Assembly (NCBI GenBank): GCA_963557065.1
Contig: CAUWCT010000043.1
Coordinates: 4,197-68,196, forward strand
DNA from: an uncultured Lachnospiraceae bacterium
GTDB lineage: Bacteria > Bacillota > Clostridia > Lachnospirales > Lachnospiraceae
Direction: 5' to 3'
Length of the DNA: 64,000 nt
Made by a program: the position numbers and the translations under genes. A model generated the notes under the pieces. That model was not told the DNA's origin and did no database searches. It saw only the letters and a program-made list of their open reading frames with translations. Positions 52,645 to 62,895 of the stretch are shown in pieces. Positions within the stretch are counted from its first letter, which is position 1. Each line of letters starts with the position of its first letter.

Positions 52645-55506
52645 TCAACCGCCCAGTTCCATCAGTTCTTCAAACTGCTCCATGGACATGAGGACCTTCC
52701 GCGGTTTTGTGCCTTCTTCTTCTCCCACTACTCCGGCTTCCGCCAGCTGATCCATAATGCGGGCCGCCCGGTTAAATCCAATTTTAAATACCCGCTGGAG
52801 CATTCCAATAGAAGCCTTATCTTTTTCTATGATAAATTTTGCCGCCTGAGCAAAATACTCATCCCTGCTGTCGCCGCCTCCCATGCCGCCCTGGGGGCCT
52901 TTTGCAATCTGCTGTTCCACATCCGGACTGTACGGAGTGCCCAGTTCCTGTTTGCTCAAAAATTCGACTACCTGAGCCACTTCTCCATCGGAGACAAACG
53001 CCCCCTGAACACGCTGAGGTTTCGGCATACCGGAAGGATAAAACAGCATATCTCCCTTTCCCAGCAGCTTTTCCGCACCATTCATATCAATAATCGTCCG
53101 GGAATCCACTCCCGATGAAACGGCAAATGCAATTCGGGACGGCACATTGGCTTTGATAAGTCCTGTAATGACATTGACAGAGGGACGCTGCGTCGCAATC
53201 ACCAGATGAATGCCTGCTGCACGTGCAAGCTGGGCCAGACGGCAGATGGAATCTTCCACCTCTCCCGGAGCCACCATCATAAGATCCGCCAGTTCATCTA
53301 CAATAATCACAATCTGCGGCATCTTTTTGGGCTTTTTATCATCCTCAATATCCTGAATATTTTCTACGCGGGCATTGTACCCTTTCAGATCCCTGACTCC
53401 GTATTCTGCAAATTTTTTGTAGCGGTCTGTCATCTCTGCCACTGCCCAGTTTAAGGCTCCGGACGCTTTTTTCGGATCTGTCACAACAGGAATCAGCAGA
53501 TGAGGAATGCCGTTGTAAACGCTTAATTCTACTACCTTCGGGTCAACCATAATCAGTTTTACATCATCCGGATTGGCCTTGTAGATAATACTCATAATCA
53601 GCGTATTAATGCACACAGATTTACCGGAACCGGTAGCGCCGGCAATCAGCAGATGGGGCATTTTGGCAATATCCGTAACCACCGTCTGTCCGCCAATATC
53701 TTTCCCCACTGCAAACGCCAGCCGGGAAGAGTGATTTTTAAATTCCTCTGATTCAAATAAATCCCTTAAGTATACGATGTTGTTTTCTTTGTTTGGCACC
53801 TCGATTCCCACTGCGGATTTGCCGGGAATCGGCGCTTCAATCCGAATATCCGCAGCTGCCAGACTTAGTTTGATGTCATCTGCCAGGGCCACGATTTTAC
53901 TGACTTTTACTCCCTGTTCCGGGTGAAGTTCATAGCGGGTAACAGAGGGACCGCAGCTGATATTGGTAACCGTCACTCCCACTCCAAAATCCCGCAGCGT
54001 CTGCTGCAGCTTGATTGCCGTATCCTTATATTCCTGTTCAGAAAAGGCAGTATTTTTATTTCCTTTTTTCAAAAGGCTGGTAGGCGGGAATATGTATTCT
54101 TTGTGGACTTCCTGGATTTTTTCCCTGGCTTCCATCGCCACCGCTGCCTGGGAACTTCCTTCTTCTCTAACCTCTTCCCTCCGTTTTTCCAGCTTCTTTT
54201 GGAGAAGTTCGGTCTCGCTTTCAATTACTTTTCCAGTAGCAGTGACTACCCGTTTTTCCCCTTCCGGCACAAACACAGAGTCCATGAACGGCGTGTCCCC
54301 TTCGTCTATAACCTCTTCATCTATAATAATAGAAGAAGGCATTTCCTCTGCTTCCTCTTTTACAGGCACCGCATCAAATTCCCCTTCATAATTGAGACCC
54401 TGGTTTTCTTTGTCCAGCCGATAATAATCCCCTCTCTCTTCCAGCAGGTCCATCTCTGTCAGGGTACTGGTATTTTTAGGTGCAACAAAGGAAAGGGAGC
54501 CCCTTCCTGTCTCCAGGCCGTCTTCCTCAAAAGGCGGAATATCCAGTTCTTCCTGAGAAGAAGGCGTTTCTTCTGAATGCGCAATCTTTCCGGTAAATAC
54601 ATCAGCAGAGGAAAAAACCGGTTCTGCCGGTTCCTGTCTGGACTTTGGCGTTTCTTCCTGTCTTATCTCCTGCTTTTTGTCTTCTTCCGCCCTCTTTAGC
54701 ATCTCTTCCAGGGACGGCGGTTCAGGAGCCGGATCAAACATAGAACGAATGGGCGCATCCGTACATAATGGTGCATCGGCCGGATCGTCTATTTTTGTAG
54801 CATTTAAATCCACGCCGCTGACTCTCTGCTCTCTCCGAATCCGCCTTTCTTCCTGCCGCTCCGCATGGATTTCCCGCCGTCTGTCTATATCCTCTTTGGC
54901 ATAGTGGTAAGCTTTGTCTCCTCCATTTTTCATGGCTTTCACCACCGATTTTTCTGTAATGCAGACAATGCAGATAATGAGCAGAGCCGTCAATACCACA
55001 TAGGCGCCTGCCTTTCCTATCACCGATGTCAGACCGCCTGCCAGAAGACCGCCTGCCAGGCCGCCTCCCTTTCCGGTAGCGGCAGATAACTGATAGTATT
55101 GTAAAAATCCCATTTCCCCGGTCTCTTTTCCCCCGAAAAGGAGCTGAAAAAAGCCGCACAAAATAAGCGCAGCGCCCACAGCCGCGCAAAGTTTCAGCGT
55201 AGCCCGCACATTTCCTCTGTTGGAAAGGGCAAAACAGGTCCCGATAAATAAGAAAATGGGAACCAGATATCCCACGCTTCCAAAGAGACCCAGCTGGGCG
55301 CTTTTTAATACCTGTCCCACTGCGCCGCATAAATTAAAATTGCTTAGAAACAATAACACTGCCACTACAAAAGAACTGATAATAAAGACCTCGGCCCGTA
55401 TTACCTCCGCTCCCTCATCATATTGAGGCTCCGGCGTTTTTTTGGGACGCCCCGGTTTTCTTGTACTGGTTTGTGATGGTTTCTTTGTCTTTTTCGTTTC
55501 TGACAC
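52645..55506 (-). CDS. ftsK: DNA translocase FtsK/SpoIIIE
   Basis: N-terminal TM helices, a long acidic linker, the motor domain (AGATGSGKSV, IVDELADL), and the C-terminal gamma winged helix LQRVFKIGFNRAARIMDQLE. Confidence 0.93.
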   Translation of the reverse strand: MSETKKTKKPSQTSTRKPGRPKKTPEPQYDEGAEVIRAEVFIISSFVVAVLLFLSNFNLCGAVGQVLKSAQLGLFGSVGYLVPIFLFIGTCFALSNRGNVRATLKLCAAVGAALILCGFFQLLFGGKETGEMGFLQYYQLSAATGKGGGLAGGLLAGGLTSVIGKAGAYVVLTALLIICIVCITEKSVVKAMKNGGDKAYHYAKEDIDRRREIHAERQEERRIRREQRVSGVDLNATKIDDPADAPLCTDAPIRSMFDPAPEPPSLEEMLKRAEEDKKQEIRQEETPKSRQEPAEPVFSSADVFTGKIAHSEETPSSQEELDIPPFEEDGLETGRGSLSFVAPKNTSTLTEMDLLEERGDYYRLDKENQGLNYEGEFDAVPVKEEAEEMPSSIIIDEEVIDEGDTPFMDSVFVPEGEKRVVTATGKVIESETELLQKKLEKRREEVREEGSSQAAVAMEAREKIQEVHKEYIFPPTSLLKKGNKNTAFSEQEYKDTAIKLQQTLRDFGVGVTVTNISCGPSVTRYELHPEQGVKVSKIVALADDIKLSLAAADIRIEAPIPGKSAVGIEVPNKENNIVYLRDLFESEEFKNHSSRLAFAVGKDIGGQTVVTDIAKMPHLLIAGATGSGKSVCINTLIMSIIYKANPDDVKLIMVDPKVVELSVYNGIPHLLIPVVTDPKKASGALNWAVAEMTDRYKKFAEYGVRDLKGYNARVENIQDIEDDKKPKKMPQIVIIVDELADLMMVAPGEVEDSICRLAQLARAAGIHLVIATQRPSVNVITGLIKANVPSRIAFAVSSGVDSRTIIDMNGAEKLLGKGDMLFYPSGMPKPQRVQGAFVSDGEVAQVVEFLSKQELGTPYSPDVEQQIAKGPQGGMGGGDSRDEYFAQAAKFIIEKDKASIGMLQRVFKIGFNRAARIMDQLAEAGVVGEEEGTKPRKVLMSMEQFEELMELGG

Positions 55507-55575
55507 GAAATGATGCCTCCTACTATCTTCCTAATCAGGCAAAGACCAAATTTGCCCATTGTTGATAGTATACAA

Positions 55576-55604
55576 AAATTTCAAAAAATTTGCAAGTCTG
55601 GGGT
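55576..55604 (-). promoter_or_regulatory. Sigma-A promoter candidate for ftsK (TTGCAA-17-TATACT)
   Basis: -35 at 55599-55604 and -10 at 55576-55581 on the minus strand. Confidence 0.45.
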
Positions 55605-56308
55605 TATGACTCATCCGATATCATTTGATGAAGTTTTTCTAAAGCTTCTTTTATGCCTCCTACTTCCTCAATCAGCCCTGCTTCTACTGTCTCCCGTCCC
55701 ACTAAAACTGTGCCTAAATCTCTTGTCAGCATTTCCGTATTGTGCATCAGACGCTTTAATTTTTCATAACTGATTCTGGAATGGGAGGACACAAAACTTA
55801 AAATCCGATCCTGAATCATGTCAAAATATTCATACGTCTGGGACGCTCCTATGATCATCCCGCTCATTCTGACCGGATGAATCATCATGGTTCCGGTGGG
55901 GACAATAAAGGAATAATCCGAAGCCACTGCCAGAGGCACCCCGATGGAGTGACTCCCCCCCAACACCAGAGAAACGGTGGGAATACTTAAAGACGCAATC
56001 ATCTCCGCAATGGCAAGTCCTGCGTCCACGTCTCCCCCGGATGTATTTAACAGCACCAACAGTCCCTCTACTTCTTTGTCATCTTCAATTTCCGCCAATT
56101 TTGGAAGCACATGGTCGTATTTTGTAGCTTTGCTGTTTCCTGACAGATTTTCGTGGCCTTCCACTTCCCCTATGATGGAAAGCAGGTGGATATTGTGGCG
56201 GCTTTTGCTGTTTTTAAGACACATCTGCCCCAAATCTTCCATCATCTGATTTTCTTTTTCTTCCACTTCTTTCTTTTCTGCTTCTTTTTCCGGTTTTGAA
56301 CTGCTCAT
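55604..56308 (-). CDS. tepA: TepA-like ClpP-family (translocation-enhancing / sporulation) protein
   Basis: IIGEVEGHENL...KATKYDHVLP...LLNTSGGDVDAGLAIAEMIASLSIPTVSLVLGGSHSIGVPLAV closely parallels B. subtilis TepA. GGAAGGAG precedes the ATG at 56308. Confidence 0.8.
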   Translation of the reverse strand: MSSSKPEKEAEKKEVEEKENQMMEDLGQMCLKNSKSRHNIHLLSIIGEVEGHENLSGNSKATKYDHVLPKLAEIEDDKEVEGLLVLLNTSGGDVDAGLAIAEMIASLSIPTVSLVLGGSHSIGVPLAVASDYSFIVPTGTMMIHPVRMSGMIIGASQTYEYFDMIQDRILSFVSSHSRISYEKLKRLMHNTEMLTRDLGTVLVGRETVEAGLIEEVGGIKEALEKLHQMISDES

Positions 56309-56466
56309 ATCTGTCTCCTTCCATCGTTTTCTTCCTGTTAGTGTACGCGAAATCCCATCGATTATACAAAACAAACCCGCTCCGATTTCTTACAAGCCTT
56401 CTGTACATTTTTTTCTTTTTGTAGTAAACTGTAACTATTCAAATTAATAAACACAGGAGGCTTTTA

Positions 56467-57669
56467 ATGGAAAAGATAAAAATGACAACTCCCCTGGTTG
56501 AGATGGATGGGGATGAGATGACCAGAATCCTCTGGAAACTGATCAAGGACGAACTGTTACTCCCTTTCATTGATTTAAAAACCGAGTATTACGATCTGGG
56601 CCTTAAAAACAGAGATGCCACAGAGGATCAGGTTACCATCGACTCTGCCCTGGCCACCAAAAAATACGGCGTTGCTGTCAAATGCGCTACTATCACGCCA
56701 AATGCGGCCAGAGTAAAGGAATATAACTTAAAAGAAATGTGGAAAAGTCCCAACGGAACCATTCGGGCTATCCTGGACGGAACTGTATTCCGCAGTCCCA
56801 TTGTTGTAAAGGGAATCGAGCCCTGTGTAAAAAACTGGAAAAAACCCATTACCATTGCAAGACATGCCTACGGTGACGTATACAAGGGTGTAGAGATGAA
56901 AATTCCTGCTGCCGGAAATGCAGAACTGGTCTATACCGCAGCCGATGGCTCCCAGATGCGGGAAACCATTCACGAATTTGACGGCCCCGGCATTGTTCAG
57001 GGCACCCATAATATTTCTGCTTCTATTGAAAGTTTTGCAAGAAGCTGTTTTAATTACGCATTGGATGTAAAACAGGATCTGTGGTTTGCCACCAAGGACA
57101 CCATTTCCAAAAAATACGATCACACCTTTAAGGATATTTTCCAGGAAATCTTTGACGCAGAATATGCAGGAAAGTTTCAAGAGGCAGGCATTACTTATTT
57201 CTATACGTTAATTGACGATGCCGTAGCCCGCGTAATGAAGTCGGAAGGCGGCTATATCTGGGCCTGCAAAAACTACGACGGGGACGTGATGAGCGATATG
57301 ATCTCTTCTGCTTTTGGCTCTCTTGCCATGATGACTTCTGTTCTGGTTTCTCCGGAAGGCTATTACGAATACGAAGCTGCCCATGGCACTGTACAGCGCC
57401 ATTATTATAAGCATCTGGCCGGCGAAGAGACTTCTACCAATTCTGTTGCCACTATTTTTGCATGGTCCGGCGCTTTGAGAAAGCGGGGCGAGTTAGATGG
57501 CAGCAAAGAATTGATGGAATTTGCAGACAGGCTGGAAAAAGCAACTCTGGACACCATTGAGAGCGGCTCTATGACCAAGGATCTGGCTCTGATTACCACA
57601 ATTCAAAATCCGGTTGTGTTAAACAGCGAACAGTTTATCAAGGCAATCGCAGCCCGGCTTGCATCCTAA
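56467..57669 (+). CDS. icd: NADP-dependent isocitrate dehydrogenase, eukaryote-like homodimeric type (about 400 aa)
   Basis: [39 protein letters not shown]. Confidence 0.92.
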   Translation: MEKIKMTTPLVEMDGDEMTRILWKLIKDELLLPFIDLKTEYYDLGLKNRDATEDQVTIDSALATKKYGVAVKCATITPNAARVKEYNLKEMWKSPNGTIRAILDGTVFRSPIVVKGIEPCVKNWKKPITIARHAYGDVYKGVEMKIPAAGNAELVYTAADGSQMRETIHEFDGPGIVQGTHNISASIESFARSCFNYALDVKQDLWFATKDTISKKYDHTFKDIFQEIFDAEYAGKFQEAGITYFYTLIDDAVARVMKSEGGYIWACKNYDGDVMSDMISSAFGSLAMMTSVLVSPEGYYEYEAAHGTVQRHYYKHLAGEETSTNSVATIFAWSGALRKRGELDGSKELMEFADRLEKATLDTIESGSMTKDLALITTIQNPVVLNSEQFIKAIAARLAS

Positions 57670-57692
57670 GGCTGTCCATGCTCAACCACATG

Positions 57693-57742
57693 AAAAAGGG
57701 AGTTGTCGGTTATTTTTTGAATTAACCGACAGCCCCCTTTTT
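57693..57742. terminator. Bidirectional hairpin terminator after icd
   Basis: AAAAA-GGGAGTTGTCGGTTA-N9-TAACCGACAGCCCCC-TTTTT. Confidence 0.65.
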
Positions 57743-57858
57743 ATCTTCCTCTCTCTTCTCATTTTTCAGGGCAATGATACCTGGGCTTTCCCACACTTCT
57801 TTTTCCATATTCAATGGCCTCTGTGGAAAATATAAAATCATTTTCAAAACACCAGCCA

Positions 57859-59241
57859 TCAGGCAGCCGGGAGCACCAGGGTCTGGCCCACATGGATTCT
57901 TTCAGGATTCTTAATCTTTGCGGCATTGGCCTCATAAATCTCATTCCAGCGATTTCCGGTTCCATACACGCGAAGGGCAATATCCCAAAGGGTATCACCG
58001 CTAACTACGGTATAGGTGCTCGGTCCTGAAATAATTTCAGGAGTTTCATCTGCGGCAGGCTGTACCGGCAGGGAATAATCAGCGGCAAGATTGTTCTTTA
58101 AGGCAACCAGCTCTTCATCTGAAAGTCCGCTGGAGCGAATGTATTCGGCAGCGCCTGCAGCCAGCTGTTCACTGGTCAGTTCAGCAACATTCTCGCTTCC
58201 TGTAATGTGGCGCAGCATATTGTCAATATTACTGCTCTTAACCGCCTCATACTTTTCAGATCCCTTAACAAGATGGTAGTAATTCTCATAGGTAGTCATA
58301 TAGTCCTCTACAACCTCGTCATAAGTAGCTCCCATGAGGCAGGCCAGCAGCGCAGAGGTAAATCCTGCACGGTCCTTGCCTTCGGTACAGTGAATCAGAT
58401 AAGGGCCGCTGTTAGAAGCTAAAAATTTCAGTCCTTCACCCAAACCTTTCTTAAAATCCTCAGCTTTGAAATCCACCGAAAGGTTCAACGCAATCACATG
58501 CCCATTTTCATAAAGAGATTTGTAATAAGGGGAGTCAAATCCTTCTTCTGCAAAAAAAGACTCCACCCGTTCCGGATAATCTGTCAGATTCAGAACTGTC
58601 TGGACGCCATTGGCCTCTGCAAAATCATCTGCGTAGGCGGCGCGGCCCAGTTCCGGATTGATCGGGCTGCTGCTGCGAAAGAGTGCATTCTCTCCCAAAT
58701 CGCCGCTGGAAATATTGCGGAAATTGGCAAAAACAGCATCTGAGTCATAATCTTCGCGGTTGTTGGTGCGCTCTAACTGATGGATCATCATCTGTGTAGT
58801 ATAGGCGCCCTTCTCTGCCATCTCAATAGTAACAGATGAAGACTCTAAGGACTGACCCTCCGGAAATGTCCAGGAAACAGTCTTGTCCTCATTGGTAGTT
58901 TTTGATGCCAGATTATAAGCAGAGGCGTAATCACCCATATTAATAGCGATGGTCAGCCCCTCGTTATCCCGCAGGACCATCTGCCCTACATCCACATCTG
59001 AATAATTGGTACAGAAAGGCATTGCATTTGTCACGCCGTTGACCGTTACAGAAACAACGTCGCCGTACTCATAACCGGCTGCCAGCAGTTCCTCGCCGGT
59101 AATACCGCTTACAGAGATATTCCCATACTTTTCAATCTCCTCAATGCCGCCGCTAAAAGCGGGATACTCCGCTCCATATCCAGTCAGAGTCGTTGACAGC
59201 ATAAGTAAGAATGCCAAAGTCAGAGATAAAAATTTTTTCAT
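57859..59241 (-). CDS. Secreted three-module protein: N-terminal beta-barrel-like module, a Cys-based tyrosine-phosphatase-like domain (CX5R), and a C-terminal LysM
   Basis: Signal peptide MKKFLSLTLAFLLMLSTTL, P-loop HCTEGKDRAG, and LysM YTVVSGDTLWDIALRVYGTGNRWNEIYEAN. GAAGGAGG precedes the ATG at 59241. Confidence 0.75.
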   Translation of the reverse strand: MKKFLSLTLAFLLMLSTTLTGYGAEYPAFSGGIEEIEKYGNISVSGITGEELLAAGYEYGDVVSVTVNGVTNAMPFCTNYSDVDVGQMVLRDNEGLTIAINMGDYASAYNLASKTTNEDKTVSWTFPEGQSLESSSVTIEMAEKGAYTTQMMIHQLERTNNREDYDSDAVFANFRNISSGDLGENALFRSSSPINPELGRAAYADDFAEANGVQTVLNLTDYPERVESFFAEEGFDSPYYKSLYENGHVIALNLSVDFKAEDFKKGLGEGLKFLASNSGPYLIHCTEGKDRAGFTSALLACLMGATYDEVVEDYMTTYENYYHLVKGSEKYEAVKSSNIDNMLRHITGSENVAELTSEQLAAGAAEYIRSSGLSDEELVALKNNLAADYSLPVQPAADETPEIISGPSTYTVVSGDTLWDIALRVYGTGNRWNEIYEANAAKIKNPERIHVGQTLVLPAA

Positions 59242-59368
59242 GGTTCTTTCCTCCTTCAAATGGTAATTCACTCATTTTTTGTTAGAATACCACGAAAAAT
59301 ACAGTGTGTCAATGAATAAATCTGACATAAACATAGAAATCGACCAACTGGTACAAAAAACTCTGTGC

Positions 59369-59407
59369 AAAATAAAATATGGCTGTCGCATGTTAAAGCG
59401 GCAGCCA
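59369..59407 (-). terminator. Rho-independent terminator after the lipoprotein gene
   Basis: Minus strand TGGCTGCCGC-N8-GCGACAGCCA followed by a T-rich tract. Confidence 0.6.
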
Positions 59408-59441
59408 CATCTTTCTGTCCTCTCAGACAAAGTAGATTCTA

Positions 59442-60059
59442 TTAGTAGTTAATACCGGTAACTTTTAATTCGCCTTCTACTACACCAAAAATAATATTAG
59501 CAGAAGAATCTTCCGAAGATAATACAAAACCTGCTTCACTTGGCTCAAGAGCAGTTTCGTCAGCGCCTCCTACAGACTTGGTCAGTTCTTCTGTAAATAC
59601 AGCGTCAGCGCCTAATGCAAGGAAGTCTTCCTTGGTCTCCACGCCCTTAACGCCTTCTAATCCAACATATACCGGATAGGAAGTCAATTCTGCCAATGCC
59701 TCTAAATCTTTTGCTTCTACAGCAGCCTTGATGTCTTTTCCCATTTCAGCAACGGTTTCCATATCTACTGTAAAGTTGTCCATCTCCGGCTCAGCCGCTT
59801 TAGCGCCGCTTTCTGTTTCTGCACCTTCAGAAGTCTCTTCCTTGCTCTCAGCCTTAGAATCCTCTGTCTTACTCTCTCCTTCAGAAGATTCTGCCTCTGT
59901 GCTTTCGCTCTCGGTCTCTTCCTTGGTCGCTGCAGTGGTTTCTGCTGCTTCAGTTGCCTGGGAAGCAGAAGTATCTGTAGTAGTCTCTGCACTCTGGCTG
60001 CATGCCGCAATACCTAAACAAGCTGCTCCAATCGTAACTGCTAATGCTAATTTTCTCAT
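59442..60059 (-). CDS. Hypothetical lipoprotein with an acidic Ser/Thr/Glu-rich linker
   Basis: Lipobox GIAACSQ, about 90 aa of low complexity, then a C-terminal globular part of about 110 aa. GAGGAG precedes the ATG. Confidence 0.7.
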   Translation of the reverse strand: MRKLALAVTIGAACLGIAACSQSAETTTDTSASQATEAAETTAATKEETESESTEAESSEGESKTEDSKAESKEETSEGAETESGAKAAEPEMDNFTVDMETVAEMGKDIKAAVEAKDLEALAELTSYPVYVGLEGVKGVETKEDFLALGADAVFTEELTKSVGGADETALEPSEAGFVLSSEDSSANIIFGVVEGELKVTGINY

Positions 60060-60402
60060 AACAATCTCCTCTTTCTAGCAAAACATTTATTGTCGTGTTA
60101 CAAGGTGGCATTATAGCGCAGGCGGTTTTCTTTTTCAATACGATTTCAAATCTTTTATAATATCGTAATATTCCTTATAATTTTTTTAATATTATCTTTT
60201 CTTTTTATTCATAAGTATTTCTAATAATATTTCCGCATACTAATTTATAAACAAATAGAACGCGCCTTGTTTTTGTGAAAAACAGCGAAATTTATCTGTT
60301 TTTTTTGAAATGATTTTATCAAAATAAAAATATAGTATTCTTTTCCATTTTGTGCTACACTACACCTGTACGTAAGTTTAAAACTTTTATGCGGAGGTCA
60401 AT

Positions 60403-61086
60403 ATGAAGAAACTATACGAAGGTAAAACCAAAGATGTATTTCAGTTAGACAACGGCAATGTATTATTAAAGTTTAAAGATGACTGCACCGGAAAGGACGG
60501 CGTATTTGATCCAGGCGAGAATTCCGTAGGCTTAACCATTGAGGGTATCGGCAAGGCCAACCTGGAAACTTCCATCCATTTCTTTGAATTATTAAAGGAA
60601 GCCGGCATCAAAACCCACTATGTCAGCGCAAACTTAGAGGATGCAACTATGGAAGTGCTTCCTGCTACCGTATTTGGAAAGGGACTTGAAGTTATCTGCC
60701 GTTTGGTTGCTACCGGAAGTTTTATCCGCCGCTATGGTGCATATATTGAAGATGGTACAGAACTTCCCGGCGGCTATGTAGAAGCCACTTTCAAAGATGA
60801 TGACCGCTGCGATCCTCTTGTAACCTGTGAAGGGCTTGTTGCATTAAATGTTATGAGCAAAGAAATGTTTGAATCCATGAAGGAGCAGACCTTAAAAATC
60901 ACCAGAATTGTTGCAGACGATCTGGCAAAGAAGGGCTTAAAACTTTATGACATCAAGTTTGAATTTGGTTACAACAATGGCGAAGTCATCCTGATCGATG
61001 AAATTGCCAGCGGCAACATGCGTGTTTACAAGGACGGAAAAATCGTAGATCCCATGGATCTGACCTCCATTATCTTAGGAAAATAG
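60403..61086 (+). CDS. purC: Phosphoribosylaminoimidazole-succinocarboxamide (SAICAR) synthase, short form
   Basis: [13 protein letters not shown]..., [22 protein letters not shown] precedes the ATG. Confidence 0.85.
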   Translation: MKKLYEGKTKDVFQLDNGNVLLKFKDDCTGKDGVFDPGENSVGLTIEGIGKANLETSIHFFELLKEAGIKTHYVSANLEDATMEVLPATVFGKGLEVICRLVATGSFIRRYGAYIEDGTELPGGYVEATFKDDDRCDPLVTCEGLVALNVMSKEMFESMKEQTLKITRIVADDLAKKGLKLYDIKFEFGYNNGEVILIDEIASGNMRVYKDGKIVDPMDLTSIILGK

Positions 61087-61099
61087 TCTTTTTACCCGG

Positions 61100-61168
61100 A
61101 AAAATAAAAATCTCCCACAGCATGTCAGATGTTAAAAACTCTGATTTCTATGGGAGATTTTTATTTTA
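61100..61168. terminator. Bidirectional terminator between purC and the DUF1097 gene
   Basis: AAAAATCTCCCA ... TGGGAGATTTTT with an inner TCAGA/TCTGA stem. A and T tracts lie on both sides. Confidence 0.6.
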
Positions 61169-61172
61169 ATTA

Positions 61173-61643
61173 TCATTCTTTTTTCACGCTGCACAAAAAC
61201 TTTCCAAATGTATCACAGGCGAATCCCAGCAGAATCCCAAGCAAAATGGCTGCAGCTGCTTTTACATCTCCTCCTGACGCAAACGTTGAGAAGGAACCGA
61301 TGAAAGCGCCTGGAACAAATGCGAGAATCCGGCTGTTTCCGGCAGCACACATAAGGAATGTAGTCAAAAACGTCATGATCAGTCCTACTGCCTGCCCAGA
61401 GATAAAACGGGCTGCCAAAAAAGAAAGCATGGCATAAAGAATTCCGCTTCCTACACAGGCAAATGTCTTCGGCAAATTTCCCGCCCCTTTCCATGGCGCT
61501 GCAAAATATGCTGTACATCCTGCAAAACCGGCCCATCCGGGAAGTCCCAAAAACGCAGCTGCCATCATCCAGAGCGTACACAAAACAGCTGTCGCAAATG
61601 CGCATTTGTAAGTATCTCTGCAATGTCCGGAGGTGTCTTTCAT
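61173..61643 (-). CDS. DUF1097 (E. coli YcdZ-like) inner-membrane protein
   Basis: GWAGFAGCTAYFA and AFVPGAFIGSFSTFASGGD parallel YcdZ SWAGFLGCTAYFA and SFVPGTFIGACATFAGQGD. The start is 4 nt after the preA stop. Confidence 0.75.
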   Translation of the reverse strand: MKDTSGHCRDTYKCAFATAVLCTLWMMAAAFLGLPGWAGFAGCTAYFAAPWKGAGNLPKTFACVGSGILYAMLSFLAARFISGQAVGLIMTFLTTFLMCAAGNSRILAFVPGAFIGSFSTFASGGDVKAAAAILLGILLGFACDTFGKFLCSVKKE

Positions 61644-61647
61644 ATCA

Positions 61648-62895
61648 TCACACTTTCTTATCCTGCGGACTTCCCTTCCTTCCTGGTTTCAGCACAATCT
61701 CTCCTTTGGAAATCGCATGAACCGGACATACCAGTGCACAAAGGTGACATCCTACACACTTATCCGTATTGCAGTTTGGCTTACGGTTCTTTTCATTCCA
61801 CTCCATGGCCTGATGTGCACCGTCATAGCAGGAAATATAACACCTGCCGCATCCGATACACTGTTCCTCATCAATCTTTGGATAGACAATATAGTCTCTG
61901 TCCAGATTTTCTGCCGGAATAATATTCTGATTTGCCAGTCCCACAAGTTGGCTTAAATGATCGACTCCCTGTTCTTCCATATAATGCATCAGGCCGTTCT
62001 TCATATCTTCTACAATCCGGTAGCCGTACTGCATAATCGCAGTGGTAACCTGCAGAGTAGAAGAACCCAAAAGAATAAACTCTGCCGCATCTTCCCAGGT
62101 CTCAATACCACCAATTCCGGAAATCGGAAGTTCTTCCAGTCCTTCTGCCGTTCTGAGCTGCTGAATAAAACGCAGAGCAATCGGCTTAACTGCTTTTCCG
62201 GAATATCCGGAAATAGAAGACTTTCCATTGATAATCGGCATACCAATCTTACGATCCAAATCTACATCTGTAACAGACTTTACGGTGTTAATAGCGGAAA
62301 TACCATCTGCTCCGCCTTCCAGACATGCCTTTGCTACTCCGACCATATCGGTAATGTTAGGCGTCATTTTTGCCAGAACCGGAAGAGAAGAGCCTCTTTT
62401 TACGGCTGCACAGTATTTCCGACACAGTTCCGGATTAGTACCCACGTCTGATCCCATAGCATGCGAAGTCATTTGCGGACAGGAAAGATTCATTTCAATC
62501 ATATCTGCTCCTGCTTCTGTAACCAGACGTGCCAGTTCCACCCAGTCCTCTTCATTGGTTCCCATAATAGATGCAATCAAAACCTTATCCGGATATTCCT
62601 CTTTTAAGCGCTTTACATCTGCCAGATTTTCTTCCAGCGAGTGCTCGGCGATCTGTTCCATATTTTTAAATCCTACAAACGGCGTTCCCTCTTTTGTCAG
62701 AGCCGCAAACCTGGGGGAAACTTCGTCAACCACAAAATGCTTTGGTCCTATGGTCTTAAATACAACTCCGCCCCATCCTGTGTCGTATGCTTTCTTACAC
62801 ATATCATAACAGTTCCCTACCGGAGATGAGGACAGACAAAACGGATTTTCAAAATGAACTCCCAGAAAATCAATGGATAAATCCTTGTTGATCAT
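61648..62895 (-). CDS. preA: NAD-dependent dihydropyrimidine dehydrogenase subunit PreA (DHOD-like FMN barrel plus two 4Fe-4S ferredoxin motifs)
   Basis: FENPF...SSSP and NLSCPQ, plus C-terminal [11 protein letters not shown] and [12 protein letters not shown]. Confidence 0.85.
   Translation of the reverse strand: MINKDLSIDFLGVHFENPFCLSSSPVGNCYDMCKKAYDTGWGGVVFKTIGPKHFVVDEVSPRFAALTKEGTPFVGFKNMEQIAEHSLEENLADVKRLKEEYPDKVLIASIMGTNEEDWVELARLVTEAGADMIEMNLSCPQMTSHAMGSDVGTNPELCRKYCAAVKRGSSLPVLAKMTPNITDMVGVAKACLEGGADGISAINTVKSVTDVDLDRKIGMPIINGKSSISGYSGKAVKPIALRFIQQLRTAEGLEELPISGIGGIETWEDAAEFILLGSSTLQVTTAIMQYGYRIVEDMKNGLMHYMEEQGVDHLSQLVGLANQNIIPAENLDRDYIVYPKIDEEQCIGCGRCYISCYDGAHQAMEWNEKNRKPNCNTDKCVGCHLCALVCPVHAISKGEIVLKPGRKGSPQDKKV

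Noticed and set aside
57759-57998. A 79-aa ORF overlapping the 3' end of the phosphatase/LysM gene and the spacer after icd.
   Set aside because: It overlaps a well-supported CDS in another frame, and it has no RBS and no recognisable features.
60060-60402. A possible purine, ZTP or PurR-controlled leader or attenuator upstream of the orphan purC, including the mutually exclusive pairings CTTGTTTTT / AAAAACAG / CTGTTTTTTTT at 60266-60306.
   Set aside because: I found no purine-riboswitch, ZTP (pfl) or PurBox consensus. The stems are only 8 bp and almost pure A-T. Their position relative to the unmapped promoter is unclear. The 340-bp region is simply very AT-rich divergent promoter DNA.
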